From: Octopus sinensis
Lineage: Eukaryota
Reading direction: 5' to 3'
Assembly: GCF_006345805.1 (NCBI RefSeq)
Contig: NC_043004.1
Span: 8,618,001 to 8,682,000 of the forward strand
Length of the DNA: 64,000 nt
The notes beneath the pieces are model-generated. The model did not search any database. It saw nothing but the letters and a program-made list of their open reading frames with translations, and had not been told where the DNA came from. This document shows positions 24,714 to 39,464 of this stretch, in pieces. The position numbers and the translations under genes were made by a program. Each line of letters starts with the position of its first letter. The first letter of the stretch is position 1.

Positions 24714-25268
24714 GAGTGAGAGAGCAGTGCATACCATCAAAGTGACACTGGGGTAAAATATACGAAGCCCAGTATACCCATCATGACTACCCGTCTGATA
24801 AGGGTACACTAGGCACATGCATCACAACCATATGTGCGCGACATGGTGATCTCATATCAAATAAACAGCACATGACTTGCAGGTGGGGCCCAGTTAGAAT
24901 TTTCTTCTCGTCGAGTAGCCCATCCCGCTCAAAAGGTCCCTGAATAAGGGTTGTTTAAGGATTGTTGAACGAAACACCATGTTTCCAGAGGTGAATTATT
25001 CAAACCCCAAAGAATCCCTTTCAACACATGGCTATGATGCTCACCCACTACTTCTGCTCGTGATCAGAGATGCACATATCGTCAGCCACTAAGGGACATG
25101 CTCAACTGGTTAAGGTCAAACAACTGACAAGCAAATCTGTAGTATTGAGCAGAATATTTGCTGTAGCCCATCTTTTATAACAAGACAAAACAAGGTACAT
25201 GATAACACTTCCAATCAGTTAAGATCAGAAGCCATGAGAGCCACTGTCTGGTACTGCATCAGGGCATT
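24714..25268 (-). mobile_element. About 555-bp non-coding element embedded in (TAA)n on both sides
   Basis: Sharp boundaries with (ATT)n at 24610-24713 and from 25269; minus strand ends TGCTCTCTCACTC-AATAATAAT. No long ORF. Confidence 0.6.
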
Positions 25269-25562
25269 TATTATTATTATTATTATTCTATGTTTGACTT
25301 TTGCTTTATGTCTGTACAAGTTGGCTCCAAGTCTCACCCAGAGACATCAAGAGACAACAGGTTGGAAGTTCACGTTGTTGTTATGCCTAGTGTGCCATAT
25401 ATTTGGGGTTTTTTGGTGTTGTACTAGTGAATGTCTAATACATAAAAAAAAATTAATTAAAAAAAAGTTTGTTTTAAACCTTGGGATTATATAGAGAGTA
25501 TTTTGCGTAGGATATGAGCAGTTCCCATGAGCACTATCTTTTGAATTTCTGCCATATTATTA

Positions 25563-25608
<46 letters not shown>

Positions 25609-25645
25609 GTTAGTATCATCATTACTATTATTATTATTATTATTA

Positions 25646-25680
<35 letters not shown>

Positions 25681-25754
25681 GTTATTATTATTATTATTAC
25701 TTGAGGTGATAAATCGTTCGAATCGATGTTGCATCGATTATTGATATTTCTTCG

Positions 25755-25951
25755 AAGGCGGCGAGGTGGCAGAAATGTTAGCACACCGGGCGAAATGCCT
25801 AGCGCGATTTCATCTGCCGCTACGTTCTGAGTTCAAATTCCGCCGAGGACCACTTTGCCTTTCATCCTTTCGGGGTCGATAAATTTAGTACCAGTTACGC
25901 ACTGGGGTCGATGTAATCGACTTAATCCCTTCCCCCAAATGTGATGCCTTG

Positions 25952-25952
<1 letters not shown>
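25755..25952 (+). mobile_element. SINE family C, short-tail form
   Basis: AAGGCGGCGAGGTGGCAGAAATGTTAGCACACCGGGCGAAATGC...TTTGCCTTTCATCCTTTCGGGGTCGATAAA...TTAATCCCTTCCCCCAAAT. Confidence 0.9.
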
Positions 25953-26009
<57 letters not shown>

Positions 26010-26329
26010 TCTTACGGTTCCGCAATGTCTGCGTTCAATTCCTGCAGAAGTGATCTTTTCCTTCCAACCATTCGGGGATGGACGGGATCAGCTAACCGTT
26101 CCGTTCAAAGTTGTTGGTCGTTTGCATAAATTAGATTGGAAAATGTTATTTTAGAAATTAATGATAATAATAATAATAATAGTAATAATAATAATAATAA
26201 TAATATTTAACAAAAATATATATATATTTTTTTTTTTAATGTTAGCTGGCAATGAAGCCCAGCAGAAAGAAAACACTGTCAGGCGATCAAACATCCGCTG
26301 CTGTTCCTACGCATCGCCTCTTTCCACCC

Positions 26330-26386
<57 letters not shown>

Positions 26387-26765
26387 CTATTTCTCACCCT
26401 CTCTCTACGTCAGTGACTGATAAACTTTTTACTTTCTCTTCCCAAATATCACTCTCTCTCTCTTTTTCTTTTCTCACTTTATTTTTTTTTCTGTTGGCTT
26501 TTGTTGTCGTTGTTGTTGTTGTTGTTGTTGCCCCTGCCGCGCTGCTAAATAACAAATAACCAAGTTAGTGTCATTCTATGAACTGAACAACGAACGAGAG
26601 AGAAAGAAAGAAAGAGCTACAAAGTGAACGAGAGACAGAAGACGACAGAGGGGCGTGCAAAGCGATAGAGGCAGAGAGACAGACAGACAGACAGCCGGAC
26701 AGACAGACGGACAGACAGACGGACAGACAGATAGAAACCACAGAACGTGCGAGGGAGGGAACGAC

Positions 26766-26803
<38 letters not shown>

Positions 26804-26978
26804 AGGAGTGATTGAAATGTTTGCGAGTTATCCTCTGCCCACCCCTCTCGCCCTGTCACCACCACAGAAGCAAAGTCTGCGAGGCGCTTGTTGCATCGTG
26901 TCTCTCGTCTCAGCCGCTTAACTACCTTATCTTTTTCTTCCCTTCTCTCTTTCTTTCCTTCACTTTCCACTCTTACCC

Positions 26979-27014
<36 letters not shown>

Positions 27015-27941
27015 TTCTCTTCTCTCCGTCTATTTTCAGTTTGCCCCCACCACCGTCACCTCCACCGCCTCATCGCTTTCTCTTATTTCTCCTCCTTCGT
27101 CTTCTTCCCTCTACCACCACCACCACCACCACCACCACACCACCGCCACCGCCACACACATTACTGCGCACACGCACGCGCACCACTTACAATCATTCTT
27201 TTTCTCTCTTGATCTGCTTCTATCACCCATTTAGCCCGGCCGGCAGCAGTTTATAGTTTTTTGCCTGTTGATATAGACACGCATTTATCTACCGCTCTGT
27301 CTCTCTCTCTTTCTCTAAGACCCGATGGATTAATTCGTTTTTATCAAATACATTATAAATACAGAGACATACATTGAAAAGTAGATTTATGTATATATAC
27401 ATTGGGTAGTATATATACATATATGTAAATACATATTATAAGGCTACTGTGTGTGTATATATATATATATATATGTATATCAAGAGAATTTATACGCGTC
27501 CCAAAACCGAAATACCAAAAATTTACTCATCTACACATTCGCCGAAAAAAAAAAAGACTTTTTAAAGAATTGTATATTTATCAATGAATTATCAATAACT
27601 GCAACAATTAACTTCTCAGGATTATAATTATAATTAATTTTATTAAAAAAATAAAAGAAGTCATTGTTATTATTATTATTATTATTATTGTTTGTTTTTT
27701 TGTTGCAAAGGTGAAAGGAAAAGAAAAAGAACGAAACAAATTGAAAACAAGGCACACAGAAACGTTTACGGCAGCGTGGAGACAGGAAAAAAAAAGTTCG
27801 GATCTGTTGTTTACATGTGAAGAATAGCGCCAACAGCAGCAGTGGCAGCAGCAGCACCACCACCACCAACAACAACAACAACAACAATTTCTTCTAATTG
27901 ATTTAAAAAAACAGAGGAAGCAGGAAAACTGCAATACATAC

Positions 27942-28006
<65 letters not shown>

Positions 28007-28363
28007 GAAATCATCCTCCGGACTGTTTTAAAAAATAAAAAATTTAACTGCACTGGGTAAAAAAAACAAAGAAAAACTGTGAAATCCTCTTCCATAGATA
28101 CACACACACACATACATAAGTAGCGTTTCTTTTTTATTTCTTAATATACATACATACACACATACATATATATTTGAATATTTTTCTTCTGAGTTTCAAA
28201 TAATCATGGAATTATTCTCGCTTTGGACTCAAATACTCTTACTTTTGATGGGTTCTACCATTCTCGGTGAGTAAATCAAATTTTATCTTTTTCCTTTCTT
28301 TCTTTCGCACAAATTGTTAAACTTCTAACATTTTTTTTATTTATTTGTCTTTATGTATTTTTA

Positions 28364-28399
<36 letters not shown>

Positions 28400-28400
<1 letters not shown>

Positions 28401-28626
28401 GAGCTGGCAGAAACGTTAGCGCGCCGGGCGAAATGCTTAGCGGTATTTCGTCTGACGTTACGTTCGGAGTTCAAATTCCGCCGTGGTAGACTTTGCCTTT
28501 CATCCTGTCGGGGTCGATAAATACAGTACCAGTTTCGCACTGGGGTCGATGTAATCGACTTAATCCGTTTGTCTGTCCTTGTTTGTCCCCTCTATGTTTA
28601 GCCCCTTGTGGATAGTAAAGAAATAT
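28400..28626 (+). mobile_element. SINE family C, long-tail form, next to a (CAT)n tract
   Basis: Head, core, then TTAATCCGTTTGTCTGTCCTTGTTTGTCCCCTC...GTAAAGAAAT tail. Confidence 0.92.
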
Positions 28627-28870
28627 ATTATTGTAACTATTATTACTATTATTATGTAACTGAGTTCGACTTCCTGTCATCCCTTCGGGGTCGATGAAAT
28701 AAGTCCCAGATGGGCACTGGGGATGGACCCACCCCCACCCTCTCTCACTAAATTTCAGGCCCTGTACCTGTTCTAGGAAGAATTATCTCAAATTTGAATA
28801 AGCCGAAATATATTGTAAAGTTTACACATTTATTACTACGCCCTAAACTTTGCGAATATTACTACGTATG

Positions 28871-29013
28871 GAGGTCGACTTTGCCTTTCATCCTTTCGGG
28901 GTCGATAAATTAAGTACCAATTACGCACTGGGGTCGATGTAATCGACTTAATCCGTTTGTCTGTCCTTATTTGTCCCCTCTAAGTGTAGCCCCTTGTGGG
29001 CAGTAAAGAAATA
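28871..29013 (+). mobile_element. 5'-truncated SINE family C, long-tail form
   Basis: Starts GAGGTCGACTTTGCC and ends GGGCAGTAAAGAAAT. Confidence 0.9.
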
Positions 29014-29399
29014 TTACTACGTGTGTTTGTGTATATATATACACACACACGTGTATATGAAGTTAATTACGTGACTTCTGTTCTCTTGTCGTGTAATATA
29101 TGTGCATGTGCGTGCATGCGTGCGCGCGTGAGTGTGTGTGTGCGTGCGCGCGCGGGTGTGTGTGTGGGTGTGTATCTTTGTGTTTGTACTTTTCGCCCAC
29201 ACCACCGCTTGATAACCGCTGTTGATTTGTTTACGTCCCCGCAACGCCACAACAAATGCAACTGATATAATAATTATCAAACTTTAAGAAATATATAAGA
29301 AATAATCACCAGGGGTCGTCGATTCATTCGACTGGAAAGCATTCGAGGCAGTGCTCCAGTATGGCCGCACGCTGATGAAACAAGTATTATAGATATAAG

Positions 29400-30245
29400 G
29401 TTTGAGTGTATATGTATGTGTGTGTATTCAAACATACATGCATACATAGATACATACATAAATACGTACGTATAGACATACATACATACGTACGTACATA
29501 CATGCACACATACACACACACACATACATACGTACATACATACATACATACATACATACATACATACACACATACATACACACATGCATACATACATACG
29601 TACGTACATACATACATACACACATACATACATACATTCATACATACATGCACACATACACACACACATACATACATACGTACGTACATACATACATACA
29701 TACATACATACATACATACACACATACATACATACATTCATACATACATACACACATACATACACACATACAACATACATACATACATATACATACATAC
29801 ATACATACATCGCCGTACATACACACATACATACACACATACATACATACATACATACATACATAATACATACATACTACATACACATACAACATACACA
29901 CATACATACATAATACATTCATACGACATACACAATACATACATACATACATACATACATACATACACATACATACATACATACATACATACATACGTTA
30001 CGTACATACATACATACATACACACATTCATACATACACACATACATACATACATGCATACATACATACATACATACATACATACACACATTCATACATA
30101 CACACATTCATACATACACAATTACATACATACATACATACGTACGTACATACATACATACACACATACATACATACATGCATACATACATACATACATA
30201 CATACATACATACATACATACATACATACATACATACATAAACAT
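29400..30245 (+). repeat. Long degenerate (CATA)n array
   Basis: Direct reading; source of the 312-aa HTYI pseudo-ORF. Confidence 0.97.
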
Positions 30246-30629
30246 AAGTACAATGACAAAACAATGAAAGGAAGATACACTTTCATACGTATTGTTTATA
30301 TACCATTTTTTTATGTAAAAACCATTTCTCAGGTTTTATTGTAAGAATTTGATATTGCTTGGATCGGAAAGGGGTGGTGCGCCCGGGGGAGGGGTCGATA
30401 GAGTGCTGGAATTATAATGCTTAACGGTATTTCTGCCGGTGTTTTCCTTTTTGTTCTGAGTTCAAATCACGCCGAAGTCAGCTTTGCCTTTTATCCTTCC
30501 TGGGTCGATAACACAAAGTACCAGACGAATACTAGGGTCGATATAATCAATTATCCCTCTTCCCCTAAAATCGATGGCCTTTGATCCGATCATAGAAAAG
30601 ATTTTAACGTGACATTATGACAGACATCC

Positions 30630-31080
30630 ATACGTGCGTATGTATGTATGTGTGTAGGTTGGTAGGTATGTAGGTATGTATGTATGCATGTATGTAGGTT
30701 GGTATTTATGTATATAGGTTGGTATGTATGTATGTATGTATGTATGTATGTATGTATGTAGGCTGGTATGTATGTATGTTTGTATGTATGTATGTAGGTT
30801 GGTATGTATGTGTGTATGTATGTATGTAGGTTGGTAGGTATGTAGATATGTATGTAAGTAGGTATGTAGGTATGTATGTGTGTGTATATATATATATATA
30901 CGTATGTGTTTAGATATGCATGTATTTATGTATGTATGTACATATGCATGTATGTATGTAGGTTGGTAGGTATGTAGGTTAGTATGTAGGTGTGTATTTA
31001 GATATGTATGCATGCAGGTATGTATGTGTATGTATATAGGTATGTATGTACGTGTGCATGTATGTGCGTGTTTGTGTACG
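30630..31080 (+). repeat. (TATG)n/(TAGG)n compound array
   Basis: Direct reading. Confidence 0.95.
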
Positions 31081-31644
31081 TGAGTGTTTTGTGCTCATGG
31101 TAACGATGAAGCCTCTACGCGGTCGCTCAACCTGCTAGAAAACGCAGCCGGCTTTCCCTCACACCATCATATCTTCCATCGGAGAAAAATTGAAGCGACT
31201 TTGGATAATGTAATTCTGATATTAGGAAGTTCGCTTCCGAATCGTGAAGTTCCGCGTTCGATCTCGCTGCATGGTATCTTGAGCAAGTGTCTTTTTCCAT
31301 AGCCTCAGTTCGATCTAAACCTCGTGAATGACAATGGAGTAGGTTGGAAACTGTTCGGAAGCCTGTCGCACTAATAAAACTAAGAAAATTTCGTTGATTG
31401 AATGAGTTAATCGGACAAGGGAATGTTCATTGCAGAACTGACGAAGGATCCATCATCATCATCATCATCCACTAGACGTTGATAGCTGAAATGCTTTTGA
31501 TCATAGATCCACTCATTCAGGCATTGCCTAGGGTTATACGACAACAACAACATAACAAATAAATATCAGTTTAGAAATTAGAGAGAAAGGAGAAGAGAGA
31601 GTGAGAGAGAAGAAAAAAACAGTTGTGAGAGAGAGATAGAGAGC

Positions 31645-31683
<39 letters not shown>

Positions 31684-31734
31684 GCTGACAGAGAGCGAGA
31701 GTATTCGGTCAAGCTGCATATTTCAGTGAACCAT

Positions 31735-31975
31735 TAAGTGGTCGCTAAAATTGCTAGAAATAGCAGCCAAATAATCTTTCAAACCAGATTCCACCATTTA
31801 AAAAATGAAGAACATACATTAATGAACGAAGTTCTCAAACATACGCATTCGAAAAGAAAAGAAAAAAATAGAGAAAAGATGAAATAGAAAAGACAGGATG
31901 GGCATGGCTGGAATGCCTTTGATCATAAAGTCTGTTCCGTCAGGGCTGGCTCGGGGCTAAAGAATCAACTTGGAG
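31735..31975 (+). mobile_element. Dispersed repeat family D (unclassified)
   Basis: Blocks GCTAGAAATAGCAGCCAAAT and GGAATGCCTTTGATCATA recur at about 17430-17600 (-), 18880-18930, 31100-31210, 32330-32450 (-), 34060-34140 (-), 37830-38000 (-), 38445-38630, 43060-43230 (-) and 47975-48130. Confidence 0.75.
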
Positions 31976-32639
31976 AAATGTATTGACATATTTTTTTAAT
32001 GTGTTGAACGTTCATTTATTGGTTTGTTTGTTGTTATTGTTTAGTGGGCTGTACGAGCTGTGGCCAGGGATTAGAAGAGGGAGGTTTCAATCAGTAATGG
32101 TCCGGGGCCTGAAAGAAGTAAAAGAAGAGCCCTTGAATATCTGACCGACCCGTCTTTAAAAAATTCTTACTGCTTCTTTAAATTTTTAGAACGTACTACC
32201 CAGGGTCCCGAAAGCAGACGTGATCTGTTTTGGAAAAGTTTTCACTGAGGCCCTGGTTGGCGGGGAAGTGAAAACTATGGACTGGGTGGGGTAGGGAGAG
32301 ATTCAATTTAATATTTTGGAGTCGGTGGGCATAGCTTCTCTCATATTTTTGGACCATAATATCTCATGTGTCCTTCTACATTTCTTCAACTGAAGAACAT
32401 TCTTTGAGGGAAATTTGGCTACTATTTCTAATAGGCCGAGGAGCCACCACATGGGGATCGAATCAACGAGAGAATACATCTGTATGAATGTCTGACTTTC
32501 TAGAAACAACAGTTGCCACCACATAAAAAACGGGAGGGTCACGGCTGGAAAACATCGATCGTTGGACTGCTTAATCACGATCTGTGTCTAAACAACAAAA
32601 ATCAATATAAAAATTCGATTTCAGATCTCCTCAAATTGA

Positions 32640-32679
<40 letters not shown>

Positions 32680-32844
32680 GAGCATATACCGTCCATTGTG
32701 TGTTTGTGTGTATGTAAAAAGAATATGGCTTTCCTGTGACTTGTGCAAACCCTTAACTTAATTTAAAAAGCAAAAGAGTCAACGGTGTTGGGTTTGCAGC
32801 CCCTTTTTTATTCACTGACAAATCTAACTTCACATAAACACTCA

Positions 32845-32906
<62 letters not shown>

Positions 32907-33189
32907 CACGCACACACACACACACACGTACACACACATGAACTCTTACATACATAGATACACTTAGATGATTCACTGACATGAATACAGACATGCACAC
33001 ACACACATGCATGAATACGCACCTACCTACATACATACACTCATATCCACGCACACACATACATATACGTATACACGCACGCATAAATGCCTACATGCAC
33101 ACACACACACACACACACACACATACCTATGCATACTGTAGAGTGTTTGTTAAAAGTATCGTTAGATGAAGTAAAACCTGAAGTTTTTA

Positions 33190-33385
33190 GACGAGGCCTT
33201 TTTAGTTCTTCGGGTCTCAACAAAATGGCTGTATATCAGTGACAGAATGCTTTGGCTTTCGTTGTCAACGGTTTTTAGGTTTCTTCTGCATTTTATGCTT
33301 TTATCTCTGCCAAGTCTGGTAGCAATCTCTTAGATTGTTTCTTCAGACAGCATTGAAACATTTTCCCTCTAAAACCTAACATATA
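33190..33385 (-). mobile_element. Possible Tc1-like transposase N-terminal HTH remnant
   Basis: Minus strand reads SEETI*EIATRLGRDKSIK, resembling the EIA..LGR...TI helix-turn-helix of Tc1 transposases; short and decayed. Confidence 0.3.
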
Positions 33386-33438
33386 TGCATGTATATATAT
33401 ATGGGTGTATAGGGCATATTGTATATAATGACATATAC

Positions 33439-33477
<39 letters not shown>

Positions 33478-35321
33478 TTTTCTGACGCCTGATGTATTAG
33501 TACTTGCATGGCGGGCGGCGGTAGGTTTAAAGGAAATACGCCTAATCCCTGCGAATCGGTTTCAATCCACTGATGGAGTTATCAATGCTGAAATTGTCTC
33601 AGTGATGCTTTTTTTTATCGACAACAGAATCTACAAGATACACACACACATACAGAGGAATGTATATAATCAGATAATTACATGCTGTTGTTGTTGTTGG
33701 TGTTGATGTCGTTGATGTTGTGGTTGTTGTTGGTGGTGGTGATGGTGGTGGCGGTGTTCTCATTTTGTCAGTTCGAGCCTGTTTGAGTGAAGCCCCTTAT
33801 CCAAGCTAATCCACCATCGGCGGCACAGCTAGAGTGCATACATCAAGGGGCAGGGTTTAGTTCCCCCTCCCATCCCTTCCTCCACACCTATTCAGGTTTA
33901 TTACACAGCTGACTCAAATGTGCCGTCCCCATAAAAACGTTCCCCCCGGGGCAGAACGGCCCGACCCTATGCTACTCTCCCAGCGATAATCATTCTTTTT
34001 CTCAGGCATTATGTACCTTAGACTACATTTATTATGTGCTTCCTTTCTTATAAAGATAGTAGTGTGGATAGAGTGAGGGAAAGTTGGCTATTATTTCTAA
34101 CAGTCAGAGCAGTCCCGAAGGAGTGTTCTCGCTAAATAGATCGCTAACAGGGCACGAGGCTTCATGTTCCGGAGGAAGGGGTTTTGCCGATTTAATCGGG
34201 TTCACTACTTGACTTGCGTTGCCTGGTACTTATCGACGCCGGAAGGGGAAAAGATAAAAATCAAACATAGCTGTGGCACATAAACTTGTCTACCGATTCA
34301 GCAAAATTCCTGTGCATGATTATTAAAGTTCTGGAAATTTCTTTAATACTCTAACCCTACATATCACTAAAGGGAGGCGAGACAACGGGAAAGTAACCCC
34401 GAGAAAGTCACTTCACCAATTTCGAAAAAATGTAAATGGTAAAATTCTGTATAATCATCGATAGACAGTTTGGTAAAGCAAACTATTTGATAGCCATTGT
34501 CTGTAAATTCTTTGATCACAAGTCTTTCTCCATGATCAGAATTAAACACAACCAACATTCACTAAAAGGACTTCTTCTAGTCAAATTACCATTGTATTTG
34601 ATGATAAAATAAGTGGTAGTAGCTGAGTAATAAAAAGCGGTCCGAAGAGGCGAGTAAGGCACAGCAATTTCCCCCCTCCTCCGATGCAGGGCTCCGCATG
34701 AAACAACCTCAGTAGCACCACCACTACCACCACGATTAAACGCATTCATATTTGTGAACTCCAGTTACATTGTTCTGTAAACATCTGCTTACATCCACAC
34801 GTGTTATTGTTGATGCCAGGAAGGTAGAGGAAAATAGAGGGGAAAAATCTACGAGAGGAGAGATGTCAGCAGTTATGCCGGCCCCGGTGTTTTTGTTTGT
34901 GCACATCTGTGAAGCAGATAGGAAAAGAAAGAGATGCAATAGAACGGTTAGGTGGATATACGGGTGAGATTCAGAGGCAGGGTGTTCCTTTTACAAGCTG
35001 GGCCTGTTCTCTTTCGTCTGTCTCATACGTATTGCCCTGGCTTATCTATAAAACGTTCTACCTCTGCTATCCAAGCGTAGTCGCTAACATGTGTAGAGAA
35101 TTATAATTGCGTGTGTTATATAAGTTGATATGAAACGTAGCAGAAACATCAATGTGTGTCTGAATGCATGCAGCCAGATATATGCGACGTGTGTGCGTTA
35201 ACATGTAGTTATATGTATTTAATGCGCGTGTATGTGTAATAATGATATATACGCACGCGTGCATACACACACATGCACACACATCTACGCATATATACGC
35301 ACTCACACGCTCGCTCACACG

Positions 35322-35915
<594 letters not shown>

Positions 35916-36443
35916 TAACACAAACACGCAGATAACTACCTACCATGCACTATTGAAAAATGAAGTGTGTGTGTGTGTGTGGTGTGTGCATTTCTGTCAA
36001 GTAAATTCCTGTCGGTGAAATGTTTGATTTTAAAAGATGTGTTTGTCTGTTTCGACTTAATGTCTTTTTTATGCAATTAGCTTAGAATCACGGCTGCCAT
36101 CATCACCTTCTTATATCAACCGCGCACACACACATACATACATACATACATACATACATACATACATACATACATACATACATACATACATACATACATA
36201 CATACATACATACATACATACACACTCACAACGTACATACTTACATACATTGCTACATACTTATATCTGTGTGTGTGTGTGGTGTGTGTGTGTCAATCAA
36301 AGAAAATAAAACAAAGCGCCGATATTGCGTGTGAAAAGCTATAAAATATGGCCGTATGTGCAAAGTGTTGGCACTGTTTACATGTTAAGCATTTGAAATG
36401 GATGGGGGGGGGGGCAAAAAGCAAAACTAGGTCGCGCGTACCT

Positions 36444-36480
<37 letters not shown>

Positions 36481-37210
36481 CCGAATACACGCAAACACTA
36501 CCCCTCGAATGAGATAACCACTTATTTATGCATTGCCCGAATGTGAATCATTATAACTTAGTAACAACTGCCTCGTGTTTTAGGACATTTTTGAGCTGAT
36601 TTCTTAACGAGAACCATCTTTTATTTACCTTTTTTTTTCCTCTGTTGTTAAGTAGCTCTTTTGCAACCACGTAGTTTCAGTTTCGATCCCACTGTGCGCC
36701 AACTTTGTTAAATGTCTTCAACTCTATCCTTGAGCTTCGTTCAATGCCTTACGAGTGAACTTGGTGGACATGGCAACTTGTATGGAAGCCCGTTGTGTGT
36801 GTGTGTGTGTGTGTGTATCGCCTGCTTTAAAAATATATACTAAGGTCGATTTGTTGGACTCAAACTCTTCATAGTGGTACCCCAGCATGGCCAAGATAAG
36901 ACAAATTCTTGAATTCTTCGACTTGTTCAAGTCATTGGACTCTGCGGCCATGCTGGGGCACCACCTTTGAGAGTTCAGTGCATCATATTAATCTCTAGTA
37001 TTTCTTTTCATTTTGGTACATATTTTATCAGGTACTATTTGTCGAACCGTTAAGTTACAAATGATGAAAAGACATAACATAAACGCGGCGTTTCTTTTAA
37101 AAATCGGTGTAAACATAATTACATACACGTTATGTGTGTATGTGCGAGTGTATGTATGTGTATATATGCGTAAATGTATGTATAAATGTATGTACATACA
37201 TGCATGAATA

Positions 37211-37247
<37 letters not shown>

Positions 37248-37344
37248 TGCCTCTGAAGCTAGAAAAGTGACTTATGAAACTTTATTCACCAGATTTATGA
37301 CTTGTTCTCTGTGGAGTTTCTATTATTTAATCAATTTCACACAA

Positions 37345-37535
37345 CGCTGGGCAAAATGCTTAGCAACGGTATTTCGCCTGTCTTTATGTTCTGAGTTCAA
37401 ATTCCACCAAAGTCGACTTTGCCTTTCATCCTTTCGGGGTCGATAAATTAAGTACCAGTTGCGCACTGGGGTCGATCTAATCGACTGTCCTCCTCCCAAA
37501 AGTTTCAGGCCTTGTGCCAAGAGTAGAAACGAATA
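37345..37535 (+). mobile_element. SINE family C, short-tail form
   Basis: Core GACTTTGCCTTTCATCCTTTCGGGGTCGATAAATTAAGTACCAG; tail CCTCCCAAAAGTTTCAGGCCTTGTGCC. Confidence 0.88.
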
Positions 37536-39464
37536 TTATACAACCATTGATCACTTCTGTGTTTACCAACTGATTACTGATTACCAACTGATTACCAACT
37601 GATTTCTGCCGCCCTTGGGCTTCTTATATTCCATTAAAAATCACTAGAATTGAGAATCACTATCTTACTTACGTTTCTCAGGTCTTTACAGTGAATTTCA
37701 CACCATTTTCATTCACCGGCGCCATTCTTCCTTCCTATATTTATATCTTTTGTCTCTTGCTTGCTTTTTCTCCTTTGAAGTTCCGCTTTCTTTCGTTTTT
37801 TTTTTTTTTTTACACTGTCCTGATGATGTTCAATCTCATATTAGCTCTGATCTAGCAGACCCATTAATGGTGAGAGTTATTCCAGCCGTAACCACCAACG
37901 TCTGCAATTTTAAGGAGCGCTAGGAAAGGACTACTTTATTTCGACCCGTGTATGATATGAAGAGGATCTGGCTGCTATTTCTAACAAGTCGAGGAGCAAA
38001 ATATAGTAGTTATATTATTGTCTCGTGGCGACTCAAATTCAATTGCGAAGTTTATGATGTCTTTGTGAATGGCATTCATCGCAAAACATCAGATTTCTTT
38101 CGTCCAGGAAACACCAACTTTTAAGCATTTTTGCCCAACCAAAGTGAGTGATGAAGGTTAGCGCAAACGATTTGGAGTACCTCTTGGTCTTCCATGCTTT
38201 ATAGACAGAAATAATGGAAGGTAATTTTTATACTGAAATATAGAAAAAATATATAACAATATTGGGAGATATATACAGAAATATTGAATATATATATAGA
38301 AACATAAGGAGATATTTGAATGAAGTTACGGGTAAATTCGTCTTCCTTTTGTACAAGAAACAAAGCTCGTAATCCGAAAATGATTTCGACAACCCGCCCT
38401 GCAATGTGCATCGATCAAGATAAGCATGAACCAATAAGGGAACCTCTACGTGGTCCTTTGGCCTTGTTAGAAATAGTAGCCGAATCCCCTTTAAATCACA
38501 CCCTACTATATTTCAAAAAGCGTAGGACACATTAGATAATACAGTCCAGAACAGGCGGAGCTGTCACATAGGGAATACCTTTGATCATTGGTCACAGGTC
38601 TATCACGGCTCACCCAGGGCTAAACAGCAATCTAAATATAGTTAAATAGCTGTAAAACTGCTTGGGGTGGGTGGGGGTGAGTATTTGAAGATATGCAATC
38701 ATTGTGTCCCAACTTCGGATCGATCCTCGGAGCTGTCCTCCATTCTATATGGATATATATATATACGTGTATGTATGGTTGTATGTATGTGTGCGGGCAT
38801 GTGTATGTATGTATGCATGTACATGTGTGTGTGTATGTGTGTGCGCGCGTGCGTATGTACACACGTGTGTATGCAAATACGCGCCACCTGTTATAGTATT
38901 ACTGGATTGCATACACCAACGAGAAGGGGATGTTTGCGTGCGTGTACATCCATAGGTACGTGTGTGTGCGCCCGCGCCTCCTTATGCATGCGGACGCATG
39001 TGTGTATGTGTGTGCGTCCGTGTGCTGGGATACAAATAAAAAAACATACACGTATCCTGCACACACGCACACACGCACACACGCACACATGCACACACGC
39101 ACACATTCTTGTTGAGAATAAGGCTAAGATATGTGTGAGTGTTTTAAGGTATGGTCTACACAAGAATAACAGTAGGCCCCTTTAAGAAATACTACAAGTT
39201 TTAACTCCCTCTATGTCTGTGCATCTCTTCCTTCCTCTCTCTTTCTTTTCCTTTCTTTTTCATTCATTCTCTCTCCATCCTCTTCCTTCTCTGCTTTCGT
39301 CTGCCCCTCACTTATCAGAGAGAGATGACAAACAACGAAATTTAGTTGGTGGGTCCTATGAATTTTGGATGTCACTGTTACGGGTTCAAATCTCAGTGGG
39401 ATCGAGTTCGCTTTTCACTCCTCCGTACTTCGATAAAATTTTTCTTTATATGACACAGGTATGG

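Noticed and set aside
29406-30344. 312-aa ORF and similar HTYI, MYVC, THTH, CVCV, IYIY and SLSL ORFs throughout (for example 3023-3793, 35067-35927, 41049-41726, 46299-46784)
   Set aside because: Translations of CATA, CA, TA and GA microsatellites, which lack stop codons in some frames; no domain content.
32063-32248. hAT-like MITE with CAGGG...CCCTG ends
   Set aside because: Terminal match is only about 6 bp and there is no 8-bp target duplication.
34560-34660. 33-nt mini-exon on the minus strand (TTACTCAG/CTACTACC...ACAATG/GTAATT)
   Set aside because: Splice-like motifs of this strength occur often by chance; no supporting homology.
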